From a bacterium (lineage in GTDB: Bacteria > UBA8248), in the NCBI GenBank assembly GCA_965219955.1, contig OZ244799.1:928001-992000 (forward strand): a DNA stretch of 64,000 nucleotides. The letters are read 5' to 3'. Position numbers and translations under genes: made by a program. A model generated the notes under the pieces. That model did no database searches. It saw nothing but the letters and a program-made list of their open reading frames with translations, and had not been told where the DNA came from. Shown here piece after piece: positions 19,916 to 29,472 of this stretch. Position 1 is the first letter of the stretch. The number at the start of each line of letters is the position of its first letter.

Positions 19916-19944
19916 CTAACAGAAAAAAACAAAGGCAAAACAAA

Positions 19945-20274
19945 TGGATTCCGGCTTTCGCCGGAATGACGAACAAAACCGTATCTCCTCGTAGTGGGTC
20001 GTTCTTGTGAACGGGAAAAGCCGTAGTCAGGGACAGGCGAGGGGGGCCTGTCCGTCACGGTCGCTGTTCGAGGGTTTTGTAGGGGACGCATACATGCGTC
20101 CCGTGACTTTATGTTTTCCCGTTTGGCGTTGTGGACGCGATGCGGGCGGGAAAGTGGCCGACGAGCGTGGTTTTGTTCGTCCGCATGGGTCGCATGTCAG
20201 TAGCGCTCCCATGAAGATAGTCCTGGCTGGCTACATACGCCGAATAAGGAAATGAGGACTTTTCAACAACCCCC
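19945..20274. repeat. REP/MITE right part of the composite around the IS pair
   Basis: CGTC-type REP 19945-19971; GTAG palindrome 20079-20102; right end GACTTTTCAACAACCCCC 20257-20274. Confidence 0.7.
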
Positions 20275-20298
20275 GGTTATTCCGGTTGTTGCTCCCCC

Positions 20299-22335
20299 TC
20301 ATTGCGTCGCGGGGTTCAGCGCCGGGGGGAGCAGCGCGCCCTCGCGCCATGACGTGCCGGGCAGGGCGCTCTCGAACCTCCGGGGCGGCGTCACCATCTG
20401 AAGATGCCGGATTTTTTTCTCCTGCACCGACAGCACGAACAACTGGCGCCGCGCGTCGTTGTCCGGCCCCATGTCCGTAAGGCCCATGACGCCCTCGAAA
20501 CCCCGGAGAGCGGCGAGATGCCGCCTCACGTCCTCGCGCGTCCTGGCGCCCCCGGCCAAGGCCGCGAAGATGATTTGCGCCGCGTCGTAGCCAAGCGCCG
20601 AGAAGATGTCCGGCGTTTTCTTGAAATTCTCTCTGAATTCCCTCACGAAGCGCGCGACCATCGGCTCCGCCGAACCCGGGAAAAACCCGTCCACGAAAAC
20701 CGCGCCCTCCACGTAGCGCTCCCCGTGTTCGAGCAGGCGGGGGTTGTTCCAGCCGCTGCCGCCCAGGAGCCTGACCGCGCGCATGTTGTAGAAGAGGACC
20801 TGCGGCGCGATGAGCACCGCTTCCTCGTGGCGGACGGGCACGAAGAGCGCCTCGAAGTTCAGCGGGAGTCGGAACGGGTCCGACCTGCGGAGACCCAGCG
20901 AGCGTCTCCTCCTGTTCAACTGGCGGTCGTCCATGCCGCCGAGCGCGAGCATCTGCGCCCTGAAGTCGGTGGCTTTATCCGGAAACGAGACGATTTTGAC
21001 GACCTCGCCTCCCATGTTCTCCACCGCCCGGGTGAAGGCGTCGGTCAGCTCTATCCCGTCCCGCTCCACCGGGTAGAGGACGGCGAAGCGCCGTACCCCC
21101 AGGTGCTGGATGGCGTAGGCGGCGAGGCCCTGGGCCTGGAGGCGGTTCGTGATCGAATTGCGGAACACCCAGGTGGAATCGGGGTTCATGCGCATCCGGA
21201 CCGCAAACGGCGTGAGCATGGGGGTTTTCAGGCGGTTCGCGACCCGGGCTGCGCCTTCCGCCGCTTGGGTGAGGAGCGGGCCGATGAGGGCGAGCGCCTT
21301 TTCTTTTTCGATCAGTTCGGCGGCCACTTCGGCCGCGTCGCCCCCGGAATGCGCCGTGCTTTTCGTATCGCGGATCGCGAGTTGAATCCGAAGGTTCGGA
21401 TATTTCGCCAGACTGTGGCGAAGCGCCAGTTGAATCCCCTCGTATACGCGTCCGCCCGCGGCGCCGGCGGCGCCCGATAGCGGAAGCATGATGCCCACGC
21501 GTCCGATCACGGGCGGAGGCTTGCCCGCCTTGTCCGCCTCGCTTTGAGGGGGCGCATCTTTGGGCGCCGGCTGGCCGGGTTTCTCCTGCCCTTTGCGGTC
21601 CGCCAGGGCTGCTTGCAGATACGGACCCGCAGGCGTTCCGGCGAAGCGCCCGGCCGCCGAGCGAAGCTTGTGGGACTCGATTTCTCCCGCCAGCGCCTCG
21701 ACGCGCTCGATGAGCATCTTCTTCCCGAAAATTTTCCGGTCGCTCCTCAAGGCGCGCGCGTAGGAGAGCATGGCGGGGTAAGGCTCGCCGCGCATTTCAT
21801 AGACTGCTCCCAGGGAGGCTTCGAGCAAGGCGCGTCGTGCGGGGCTGGTCTCCTTGCTCAGGCTGCTTCTCAGGGAAATCCACGCCTCATCGTGCCGGCC
21901 GGAAGCCTGGAGGGCGAGGCCGCGGTAAAACACGCTCTCCGGATACAGGGGCGAGAGGGGGAACTTCTCCTGGAGCCTATCGAGGCTTTGCGCCGCGGGT
22001 TCGAGTTCCCCGCGCGCGAGCTGGTGTTTTGCGATGTCGAGCAGCGTCTTGTCGGCGTCGCGGGCGGCCGGATTTTTCTCGAAATTCGCCCTCAGAGCGG
22101 CCGGCGGCGTCCGGGGCGCCGCCGGGGCGGGGGCCGACCAGCTTCCGGAGTCTTCGGCGAGCGCCTTTCGCGCGGCGGGCTCGGGCGCCGGCGGCGTTTC
22201 GACTTTCGCTTCGGGAGCGGGGGGGCGCGCGGCGGGCCCGGGCGTGATCTGTGGACCCGGACCCGGCTTGCATCCTGTGACGAGCAATGCGGTGACGAAG
22301 GCGATGAGCATGAATTTCAAGATGGCGATGTGCAT
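20299..22335 (-). CDS. LpoA/LppC-like penicillin-binding protein activator lipoprotein (TPR plus periplasmic-binding fold)
   Basis: Lipobox VTGC, TPR-like helices, VGIMLPLSG, LIGPL, ALGYDAA. Start set at ATG 22335. Confidence 0.8.
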   Translation of the reverse strand: MHIAILKFMLIAFVTALLVTGCKPGPGPQITPGPAARPPAPEAKVETPPAPEPAARKALAEDSGSWSAPAPAAPRTPPAALRANFEKNPAARDADKTLLDIAKHQLARGELEPAAQSLDRLQEKFPLSPLYPESVFYRGLALQASGRHDEAWISLRSSLSKETSPARRALLEASLGAVYEMRGEPYPAMLSYARALRSDRKIFGKKMLIERVEALAGEIESHKLRSAAGRFAGTPAGPYLQAALADRKGQEKPGQPAPKDAPPQSEADKAGKPPPVIGRVGIMLPLSGAAGAAGGRVYEGIQLALRHSLAKYPNLRIQLAIRDTKSTAHSGGDAAEVAAELIEKEKALALIGPLLTQAAEGAARVANRLKTPMLTPFAVRMRMNPDSTWVFRNSITNRLQAQGLAAYAIQHLGVRRFAVLYPVERDGIELTDAFTRAVENMGGEVVKIVSFPDKATDFRAQMLALGGMDDRQLNRRRRSLGLRRSDPFRLPLNFEALFVPVRHEEAVLIAPQVLFYNMRAVRLLGGSGWNNPRLLEHGERYVEGAVFVDGFFPGSAEPMVARFVREFRENFKKTPDIFSALGYDAAQIIFAALAGGARTREDVRRHLAALRGFEGVMGLTDMGPDNDARRQLFVLSVQEKKIRHLQMVTPPRRFESALPGTSWREGALLPPALNPATQ

Positions 22336-22409
22336 TTTCTTTCTCGCGGGCGGAGTGCCACACACGCGAGAGTAGGAATTGAGGCGCGGGGTGTCAAGGT
22401 GCGTGAAGC

Positions 22410-23498
22410 GTGCGGGTTGGGTTAGAATCCCCGCGATGCGCGATTTCTCCTTTTCATCCGCCGTGGACACTGCAATTGAACGAGCAGGCAGGGAACTTCG
22501 GATCGGGCGGTCGTCCTCTCCATGAGGCCCCGCGCGAGGATCAGGCGCCCGATGAGCGTGTGGATGGTTTCGGGCCGGAGGGGGAGGTATTTCCGCACCG
22601 GATGCGTACGGCAATCCCGGCCGCTGCTCCTTTCGAGCGTGTGGCCGATACGAGGGTTCCCCCCTGGCGAACTGTAGGGATCCCCGCGTTGATGTTCGTT
22701 CTGACCGCCGTTTCCACCCTGCTGGCGGGCGCGCTCCAGCGCGGCGTCGCGCCCGGAGCCGTCTTCTCGCAGCCGGCGGCCCTTCTGGTGGGCCTGCCCT
22801 ATTCGCTGACGCTGCTCCTGATCCTCGGCGCGCACGAGATGGGCCATTACGTCGCGAGCCGGAGGTGGGGGGTGGACGCGTCGCTGCCCTATTTCCTGCC
22901 GGCGCCCTCACTGCTGGGGACGTTCGGCGCGGTCATCCGCATACGCGGCGGGATTCTGAACCGCAACGCCCTCATGGACGTGGCCGTGGCGGGGCCGCTG
23001 GCCGGCCTGGCCGCTGCGGTTCCGGCCCTGCTCGTGGGGTTGATGATGTCCAGACTCGCGCCCGGGGGGAGTTCGCTCGGCATCGGGCTGGGAACCCCTC
23101 TTTTGTTCGACGGCCTCGCATGGCTGGTGCACGGCCCTGTCCCTGAGGGCCAGACCATTTTGCTCCATCCGGTGGCCTTTGCGGGCTGGTGCGGATTGCT
23201 GGTGACGTCGCTCAATCTCATCCCCGCCGGACAGCTCGACGGCGGCCACGTCGTCTACACGCTCCTCGGGGGGTGGCACGCGAAGATATCCGTCGCGATT
23301 GGCCTCGTTCTTCTGGTGATGGGATACTGGTGGCCCGGCTGGATTTTCTGGAGCGTGATGGTGCTCGCGCTGGGCCGGCGGCATCCACGGCTCATGGACG
23401 AATGGGAGCCCCTGACGCGCAAGAGGCGTTTTTGGGGATTTGCGTGTATGATAATCCTGGTTTGCACGTTCACCCTGACGCCCATTCGGCTGTTTTGA
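22410..23498 (+). CDS. Site-2 protease family (M50) membrane metalloprotease
   Basis: AHEMGH, AGPLAG, NLIPAGQLDGGH; start uncertain. Confidence 0.9.
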   Translation: MRVGLESPRCAISPFHPPWTLQLNEQAGNFGSGGRPLHEAPREDQAPDERVDGFGPEGEVFPHRMRTAIPAAAPFERVADTRVPPWRTVGIPALMFVLTAVSTLLAGALQRGVAPGAVFSQPAALLVGLPYSLTLLLILGAHEMGHYVASRRWGVDASLPYFLPAPSLLGTFGAVIRIRGGILNRNALMDVAVAGPLAGLAAAVPALLVGLMMSRLAPGGSSLGIGLGTPLLFDGLAWLVHGPVPEGQTILLHPVAFAGWCGLLVTSLNLIPAGQLDGGHVVYTLLGGWHAKISVAIGLVLLVMGYWWPGWIFWSVMVLALGRRHPRLMDEWEPLTRKRRFWGFACMIILVCTFTLTPIRLF

Positions 23499-23524
23499 TG
23501 GTTTCCTCCTGGTAGAGAACTATC

Positions 23525-24577
23525 GTGTCCGACGATTCCACGCCATTGGCCATCGACATCGGGAGTTCCGCCGTCAAGGCGGTGAAACTCGAAAAGAAAG
23601 AGGAGCGTCTCGTCCTCTCCCGCCTGGGGGCGTGTTCCCTGGCGCCGGGGGCCGTGCAGGGCGGCTTCGTGCATGACCCCGAGGAGGTCGAACGGGCGCT
23701 GGGGGAATTGCTGCCCCCCGGAGCGGAGGAAGAAAGAGAGGTGGTCGTGGCGCTTTCGGGGAGGGCGGCCATGGTGCGGACGGTGCTGCTGCCCGCCGAG
23801 GAGGATTTTCCCGTCGTCGACGCCTTGGAAGCCGAGGCGATGCAGGTGCTGCCCGTTCCCCTGGAGGAGGTGCGCCTCTCTCATCTGCGGGTGGGGCAAC
23901 TCGAAAGAGGGGTGGAGAGGCTGGATGAGTATCTGATGATCGCCGTGAGGCGCGAGCCGCTCGAGGCGCTGCTGAATTTCCTGAAGCGCATCGGATATGA
24001 GCCCGTGATCGTGGATGTGAACTTTCTGGCCATGGAAAGCGCTTTCGAACTCTCGGGTATGCGCGAGGAAGGGGAAATCACCGCCCTGGTGGACATCGGC
24101 GCGTCCGAGACGCTGGTGAACGTGGTGTGCGACGAACACACGCTGATCACGAGGGCGGTTCCGTTCGGCGGAGAGGGGTTGACGCGCTCGCTGTCGGGTC
24201 GTCTGGCGATCTCCCGCGAGGAGGCGGAAGCCGTCAAGCGGGGGAAAGCGCCCGCCGCCAATCAGGACGCCCTGGACGACGTTCTCCGCCTGGAGGCGCA
24301 GAAACTGGCATACGAACTTGATGGAACGTTTCAGCTCATGTGGCCGATAACGCCCGCTCCTGAGGTCGAGCGGGTGCTCCTCTCCGGTGGCGGTGCGCGG
24401 CTCATGGGGCTGCCGGGGCGTCTGGAGGAAGCGCTCGATGCGCCCGTGGAAATGCTGGATCCCTTTCGCCGCGTGGAGGCGCCCGAGGAGGAGTTCGATT
24501 CAGATATGCTGGAATCTCTCGCTCCCGCCGCCGCCATCGGGGCAGGGCTCGCGTATCGCGCCGTGGAGGCCGCATGA
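23525..24577 (+). CDS. pilM: Type IV pilus assembly protein PilM (actin-like)
   Basis: AIDIGSSAVK, LVDIGAS, LSGGGA, C-terminal AIGAGLAYR. Confidence 0.85.
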   Translation: MSDDSTPLAIDIGSSAVKAVKLEKKEERLVLSRLGACSLAPGAVQGGFVHDPEEVERALGELLPPGAEEEREVVVALSGRAAMVRTVLLPAEEDFPVVDALEAEAMQVLPVPLEEVRLSHLRVGQLERGVERLDEYLMIAVRREPLEALLNFLKRIGYEPVIVDVNFLAMESAFELSGMREEGEITALVDIGASETLVNVVCDEHTLITRAVPFGGEGLTRSLSGRLAISREEAEAVKRGKAPAANQDALDDVLRLEAQKLAYELDGTFQLMWPITPAPEVERVLLSGGGARLMGLPGRLEEALDAPVEMLDPFRRVEAPEEEFDSDMLESLAPAAAIGAGLAYRAVEAA

Positions 24578-25656
24578 AAAACGTCCGCGTTCATCTGGGA
24601 GAGCGCTCCTACACGATCAGGATCGGTGCGGACGCGCTCGGGGATATCGGAAAAGTCTCCCTGCGTCATTTCAGGGGCGCGAGGGCGCTCGTCGTGACGG
24701 ACGCGAACGTGGCGCCGCTCTATGCCGAAAAAACGCTCGATGCACTTGCGGCTGCGGGCGTTCAGGCGTCTTTGCTCAGGATTCCTGCGGGCGAGGCGAG
24801 CAAGTCGATGCGGCAGTTGTCCCGGATACTGGACAAGATGGCTTCCTTGAGGCTGGACAGGGGCTGCGGCGCCGTGGCCCTGGGCGGCGGCGTCGTGGGC
24901 GACATCGCCGGATTCGCGGCGGCCGTCTTCCTGAGAGGGGTTCCCTATGTCCAGGCGCCGACGACGCTCCTCGCCCAGGTGGACAGCGCGGTGGGCGGCA
25001 AGACGGCCATCGATCACAAACTCGGGAAAAACCTCGTGGGCGCGTTTCATCAGCCGATAGCGGTGGTCAGCGATACGTCGTCGCTGGGGACGCTGCCCGA
25101 GCGGGAGTTCAGGGCGGGGCTGGCCGAGGTGGTGAAGCACGCGGCGATTGCGGATGCCCGGCTTTTCGCCTTTTTGGAGAAGAACGAGGCGCCAATCCTC
25201 GAGCGCGACGAGGGCGTCATGGAGCGCATCGTCGCCACGAACTGCCGGATCAAGGCGCGAGTCGTCGAGCAGGACGAGCGCGAGGGGGGGTTAAGGCAGA
25301 TACTCAACTACGGCCACACCCTCGGACACGCGGTGGAGGCGCTGGCGGGCTACTCGTCCGAACTGCTCCACGGAGAGGCCGTCGCGATCGGCATGGCCGC
25401 GGCGAGCCGGATATCCTGCGCGATGGGGCGCTGCGCGCCGGGCGACGTGGATCGGCTGACCGCTCTTCTCGATCGTTTCGGCCTGCCCACGCGCATGGCG
25501 GAGCCTCCCAGGCTCGCGGTCCTGAAGCGGCTGCTCGCCAGCGACAAGAAAACGCGCCGGGGGAGCCCCCGGTTCGTCCTGATGCGGAAAATCGGCGCGG
25601 TGGAGCCGGGCATAGTAGTATCTCCCCGCTTGTGGCGGAACGCGCTCGCGGGTTAG
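24574..25656 (+). CDS. aroB: 3-dehydroquinate synthase
   Basis: GGGVVGD, PTTLLAQVDSAVGGKT, LNYGHTLGHA, LHGEAV. Confidence 0.97.
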   Translation: MKNVRVHLGERSYTIRIGADALGDIGKVSLRHFRGARALVVTDANVAPLYAEKTLDALAAAGVQASLLRIPAGEASKSMRQLSRILDKMASLRLDRGCGAVALGGGVVGDIAGFAAAVFLRGVPYVQAPTTLLAQVDSAVGGKTAIDHKLGKNLVGAFHQPIAVVSDTSSLGTLPEREFRAGLAEVVKHAAIADARLFAFLEKNEAPILERDEGVMERIVATNCRIKARVVEQDEREGGLRQILNYGHTLGHAVEALAGYSSELLHGEAVAIGMAAASRISCAMGRCAPGDVDRLTALLDRFGLPTRMAEPPRLAVLKRLLASDKKTRRGSPRFVLMRKIGAVEPGIVVSPRLWRNALAG

Positions 25657-25853
25657 GGGGTTGCTGAAAAAACCCCTCTCCGCCTCATCCTGAGTAGCGG
25701 CGGAGCCGCGTATCGAAGGATGCCCTCTCGCACGACGCGAGGCGTTCGGCTTTCCTCGCCCTTCGATACGCCGCCTTCGGCGGCTACTCAGGGTGAGGAA
25801 AGAGGGCGTTGGCGGTTTGCGGGGATCGCAGACGGGGCTTTTTCAACAACCCC
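25656..25853. mobile_element. Complete ~198-bp MITE (TIR - B palindrome pair - TIR)
   Basis: GGGGTTGCTGAAAAAACCCC ... GGGGCTTTTTCAACAACCCC; internal inverted pair 25683-25721/25759-25798; GTTA on both flanks (25652-25655, 25854-25857). Confidence 0.8.
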
Positions 25854-25965
25854 GTTAATCACGGGTTCAGCCGCTTTCGTTCGTTGACGCCATCGCCCGT
25901 GTTCTCTACCATCCTCCCCGGTTTCCATGTGGAAACGATGCGGCGCACCCTCTTTGAGTGAGCGA

Positions 25966-26463
25966 ATGAGAATACTGCTTTTGAACGGTCCGAATCTGAA
26001 TCTGCTGGGAACCCGCGAGCCGGAAGTGTACGGCAGGACGACGTTGGCCGAACTCGAGGCGGCCCTCGCCCGGATGGCGGCGGACGAGGGGGTAGACCTC
26101 GAGTGTTTCCAGTCCAACGTCGAGGGAGAGCTCATCGACGCGCTCCAGCGCGCGGGGGGGGCGAAGCCGCCCGGGAAGGACGCGGCTCCCTCGGGCGAAT
26201 GCGCCGCCTGCGTCTTCAATCCGGGAGGGTACACCCACACCAGCGTCGCACTCAGGGACGCGATAGGCGGCCTGGACTTGCCCGTCTACGAGGTGCACAT
26301 CTCCAACGTCATGAAGCGCGAGGATTTCCGGCATCGCTCGATGATAGGGCCGGTGGCGGCGGGGAGCGTGGTCGGATTCGGCCTGGCGGGCTACGCCCTG
26401 GCCCTGCGCGCGGCGATCGACGCCTGCGTCAAGGGGCTGGCGTTTCCACCGGAAGAAGAATGA
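25966..26463 (+). CDS. aroQ: Type II 3-dehydroquinate dehydratase
   Basis: LNGPNLNLLGTREPEVYG, QSN, NPGGYTHTSVALRDA, EVHISN, REDFRH. Confidence 0.95.
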   Translation: MRILLLNGPNLNLLGTREPEVYGRTTLAELEAALARMAADEGVDLECFQSNVEGELIDALQRAGGAKPPGKDAAPSGECAACVFNPGGYTHTSVALRDAIGGLDLPVYEVHISNVMKREDFRHRSMIGPVAAGSVVGFGLAGYALALRAAIDACVKGLAFPPEEE

Positions 26464-27530
26464 ACCACCGTCTGCGCGCCCTGAGAAAGGCGATGCGGCG
26501 CGAAGGCCTGGCCGCCCTTGCCGTCACGAACCGGAAGAACGTCCGCTATCTCACCGGGTTCACGGGTTCTGCGGGCGCGTGCCTGATCTCCTCGGGAAGC
26601 GCCGTCTTCATCACGGATTTCCGCTACCGCTCGCAGGCGGCGAAGCAGGTGCCGCCCGATTTTCGCCGCGCCGAGCACGCCTCCCCGATTCAGGGAATAG
26701 CAAGAGAGCTGAAAAAAACGAGGGCGAAGACGCTCGCCTTCGAGGAGGCGCACGTCACCCACGGTGTTTACAGGCAGTTGCGTAGGCTCATCAAAGGCGT
26801 GCGCCTGAAACCCGTTTCGGGCCTCGTGGAGGGTTTGAGGCTTTGCAAGGACCCGGGCGAGGTTCGAATGCTCAAGCGAGGCGCCAGAGTGAACGCCGGG
26901 GCATTGAGCGAGACCGCCGATTCGATTCGTCCGGGACGCACAGAATCTGACGTTGCGCTGGACCTCGAGACCGCTATGAGGCGAAGGGGGGCTTCGGGCG
27001 CCTCGTTCGACACCATCGTCGCCTCGGGTCCGCGCTCCGCCCTGCCGCACGGGATCGCCTCGTCGAGAAAGCTCAAAAAAGGCGACCTCATCACCATCGA
27101 TTTCGGCGCCGTGGTGTCGGGCTACCATGCGGATACGACGCGCGTGTTCTCCCTCGGCAGGCCCACGCCCAGGGGAGAGAAGATATTCAATATCGTCCTC
27201 GAAGCCCAGATGACGGCGCTGGAAGCCGTGAAACCGGGCGTCCTCTGCGGAGAAGTCGATAAGGCCGCGCGCGGCGTCATCGCAGGATATGGCTACGGCG
27301 AGGCCTTCGGGCACGGGACGGGCCACGGCGTGGGACTCGATATTCACGAAGCCCCCAGGCTCGGCCCCGGCGTGAAGGAGGTACTCAGGCCCGGCATGGT
27401 GGTCACGGTGGAACCCGGCATCTATCTGCCCCGCTGGGGCGGCGTGAGAATAGAGGATATGGTGCTCGTCACCGAGCGGGGAAAAGAAGTCCTCACCCGT
27501 TCGATACCCAAGGAACTCGTCGTTTTGTAG
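26460..27530 (+). CDS. Xaa-Pro aminopeptidase family (M24)
   Basis: YLTGF, DFG, DTTR, HGTGHGVGLDIHE, EPGIY, GGVRIED. Confidence 0.93.
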   Translation: MNHRLRALRKAMRREGLAALAVTNRKNVRYLTGFTGSAGACLISSGSAVFITDFRYRSQAAKQVPPDFRRAEHASPIQGIARELKKTRAKTLAFEEAHVTHGVYRQLRRLIKGVRLKPVSGLVEGLRLCKDPGEVRMLKRGARVNAGALSETADSIRPGRTESDVALDLETAMRRRGASGASFDTIVASGPRSALPHGIASSRKLKKGDLITIDFGAVVSGYHADTTRVFSLGRPTPRGEKIFNIVLEAQMTALEAVKPGVLCGEVDKAARGVIAGYGYGEAFGHGTGHGVGLDIHEAPRLGPGVKEVLRPGMVVTVEPGIYLPRWGGVRIEDMVLVTERGKEVLTRSIPKELVVL

Positions 27531-27562
27531 ACATTTTCATCATCAGGAGGTTTTTGGAACCG

Positions 27563-28129
27563 ATGCCCTCGACAAGTGATTTCCGTAATGGCCTCAAAAT
27601 CGAGCTCGATAACGAGCCGTTCATCATCGTGGAGTTCCAGCACGTGAAGCCCGGCAAGGGCGGGGCGTTCGTGCGCACGAAACTCAAGAATCTCCGGACG
27701 GGCCGCGTTCTGGAGAAGACCTTCCGCTCGGGCGAGTCCGTCGGCGACCCCGGGATCGAGCAAAAACAGATGCAGTATCTCTACCGCGACGGCGATATCT
27801 TCTATTTCATGGACACGCAGACCTACGATCAGACCGGGCTGGGCGAGGAGAAACTCGGGCACAGCGTGAAGCTCCTGCGCGAGGAGACCATCGTCGACAT
27901 CCTCTTCCACAAGGGCGACGCGATCTCCATCGAGATGCCCACGTTCGTGGAACTGGCGATCAGGAAGACAGAGCCGGGCGTGCGGGGCGATACGGCGACG
28001 GGCGCGACCAAGCAGGCGGAACTCGAGACGGGCGCGGTGGTCACCGTGCCCTTGTTCCTGAACGAGGGCGACGTGCTCAAAATCGACACGCGGACGGGCG
28101 AATACATCGAGCGCGTGAGGACGGCCTAG
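27563..28129 (+). CDS. efp: Elongation factor P
   Basis: HVKPGKGGAFVR, PGVRGDT, VPLF, DTRTGEY. Confidence 0.98.
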   Translation: MPSTSDFRNGLKIELDNEPFIIVEFQHVKPGKGGAFVRTKLKNLRTGRVLEKTFRSGESVGDPGIEQKQMQYLYRDGDIFYFMDTQTYDQTGLGEEKLGHSVKLLREETIVDILFHKGDAISIEMPTFVELAIRKTEPGVRGDTATGATKQAELETGAVVTVPLFLNEGDVLKIDTRTGEYIERVRTA

Positions 28130-28321
28130 CTGGAGCGACCGTCAAAACAAATCTTGAAAGGCTCTTTCTCTTTGCGTATTTTATGAGGAAGCGAATATCA
28201 CGGTGCAGGAATAGTCCCGATTGCCGCGAGGAGCAATTCAGGGAACAACGTAAAGTTGCCTTGTAGCGTGCATGCAGCCTTTGGTTCTCAATAGATTCCA
28301 GTTGCCTGAAGGAGACTCAAC

Positions 28322-29446
28322 ATGCGCAAGAAGCTGTATTCCGTACTGACCATTCTCACAGCCGCCGTATTCCTGGGTTCGGCCGCGCACGCCGCGACGC
28401 TCAAGATAGGCGTGGCCGGGCCGCTCACGGGAGATCAGGCGGCGTTCGGCGAGATGCTGAAAAACGGCGCTACGCTCGCGGTGGAGGAGTGGAACGCCAG
28501 GGGCGGCGTGAAAGTCGGCAAAAAGAAGATGAAGGTGGACATCCTCTGGGGCGACGACCGTCACGACCCCAGGGAAGGGGTGTCGATCGCGCACAAGTTC
28601 GTGAACTCGGGCGCCGCCGGCATCGTCGGCCATTTCAACAGTTCGGTCTCCATTCCGGCGTCCACCGTGTATGCGGAGGCGGGCGTCGTCCAGATCACGC
28701 CGGCGTCCACGAACCCCAAGCTCACCGAGCAGGGCTTCTCGACGGTGTTCCGCGTCTGCGGTCGCGACGATCAGCAAGGAGAGGTGGCGGCCAACTACAT
28801 CGTGGACAAGTTGAAGCTGAAACGCATCGCCATCCTCCACGACAAGACCACCTACGGCCAGGGCTTGGCGGACGAGACGAAGCGGTTTCTGGAGAAAAGA
28901 GGCGTCAAGCCCGTCTTCTACAGCGGCGTCGTGCAGGGGGACAAGGACTACACGCCGGTTCTCACGGCCGCGAAACAGGAAAAGCCCGAACTCGTCTACT
29001 TCGGCGGCATCCACCCCGAGGCCATCCTTCTGGTGAAGCAGATGCGCGAGCGCCTCGGCATGAAGGCGCTCTTCATGAGCGGCGACGGCATCGTCACGGA
29101 AGAGTATTACAAGATCGCCGGCAAATCCGCCGAGGGCACCCTGATAACGTTCACGCCGGATCAGACGAAACTCGCAGCGGCGCAGAACGTCATCAAGAAA
29201 CACCGCAAGCGCTTCGGCAAGGAAGTGGGCGCCTACACCATTTACAGCTACGTGGCCATGAACATGATTCTGAACTCGATCCAGGCCACGGGCAGCACGA
29301 AGGGGGCCAAGCTGGCCACTCACCTGCGCAGCAAGGCCTGGAACACGTCGTTGGGCAAACTCCAGTTCAACAAGAAAGGAGACGTCCTGGAGAGCCCCTA
29401 CGTGCTCTGGCAGGTGAAGGGGTCGAAATTCGCAGAGATCAAATAG
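28322..29446 (+). CDS. livK: Branched-chain amino acid ABC transporter substrate-binding protein
   Basis: Signal peptide; KIGVAGPLTG, VGHFNS, STNPKLT, HDKTTYGQGLA. Confidence 0.92.
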   Translation: MRKKLYSVLTILTAAVFLGSAAHAATLKIGVAGPLTGDQAAFGEMLKNGATLAVEEWNARGGVKVGKKKMKVDILWGDDRHDPREGVSIAHKFVNSGAAGIVGHFNSSVSIPASTVYAEAGVVQITPASTNPKLTEQGFSTVFRVCGRDDQQGEVAANYIVDKLKLKRIAILHDKTTYGQGLADETKRFLEKRGVKPVFYSGVVQGDKDYTPVLTAAKQEKPELVYFGGIHPEAILLVKQMRERLGMKALFMSGDGIVTEEYYKIAGKSAEGTLITFTPDQTKLAAAQNVIKKHRKRFGKEVGAYTIYSYVAMNMILNSIQATGSTKGAKLATHLRSKAWNTSLGKLQFNKKGDVLESPYVLWQVKGSKFAEIK

Positions 29447-29472
29447 GGCGCGCATTGCCGCGTTGAATCATG

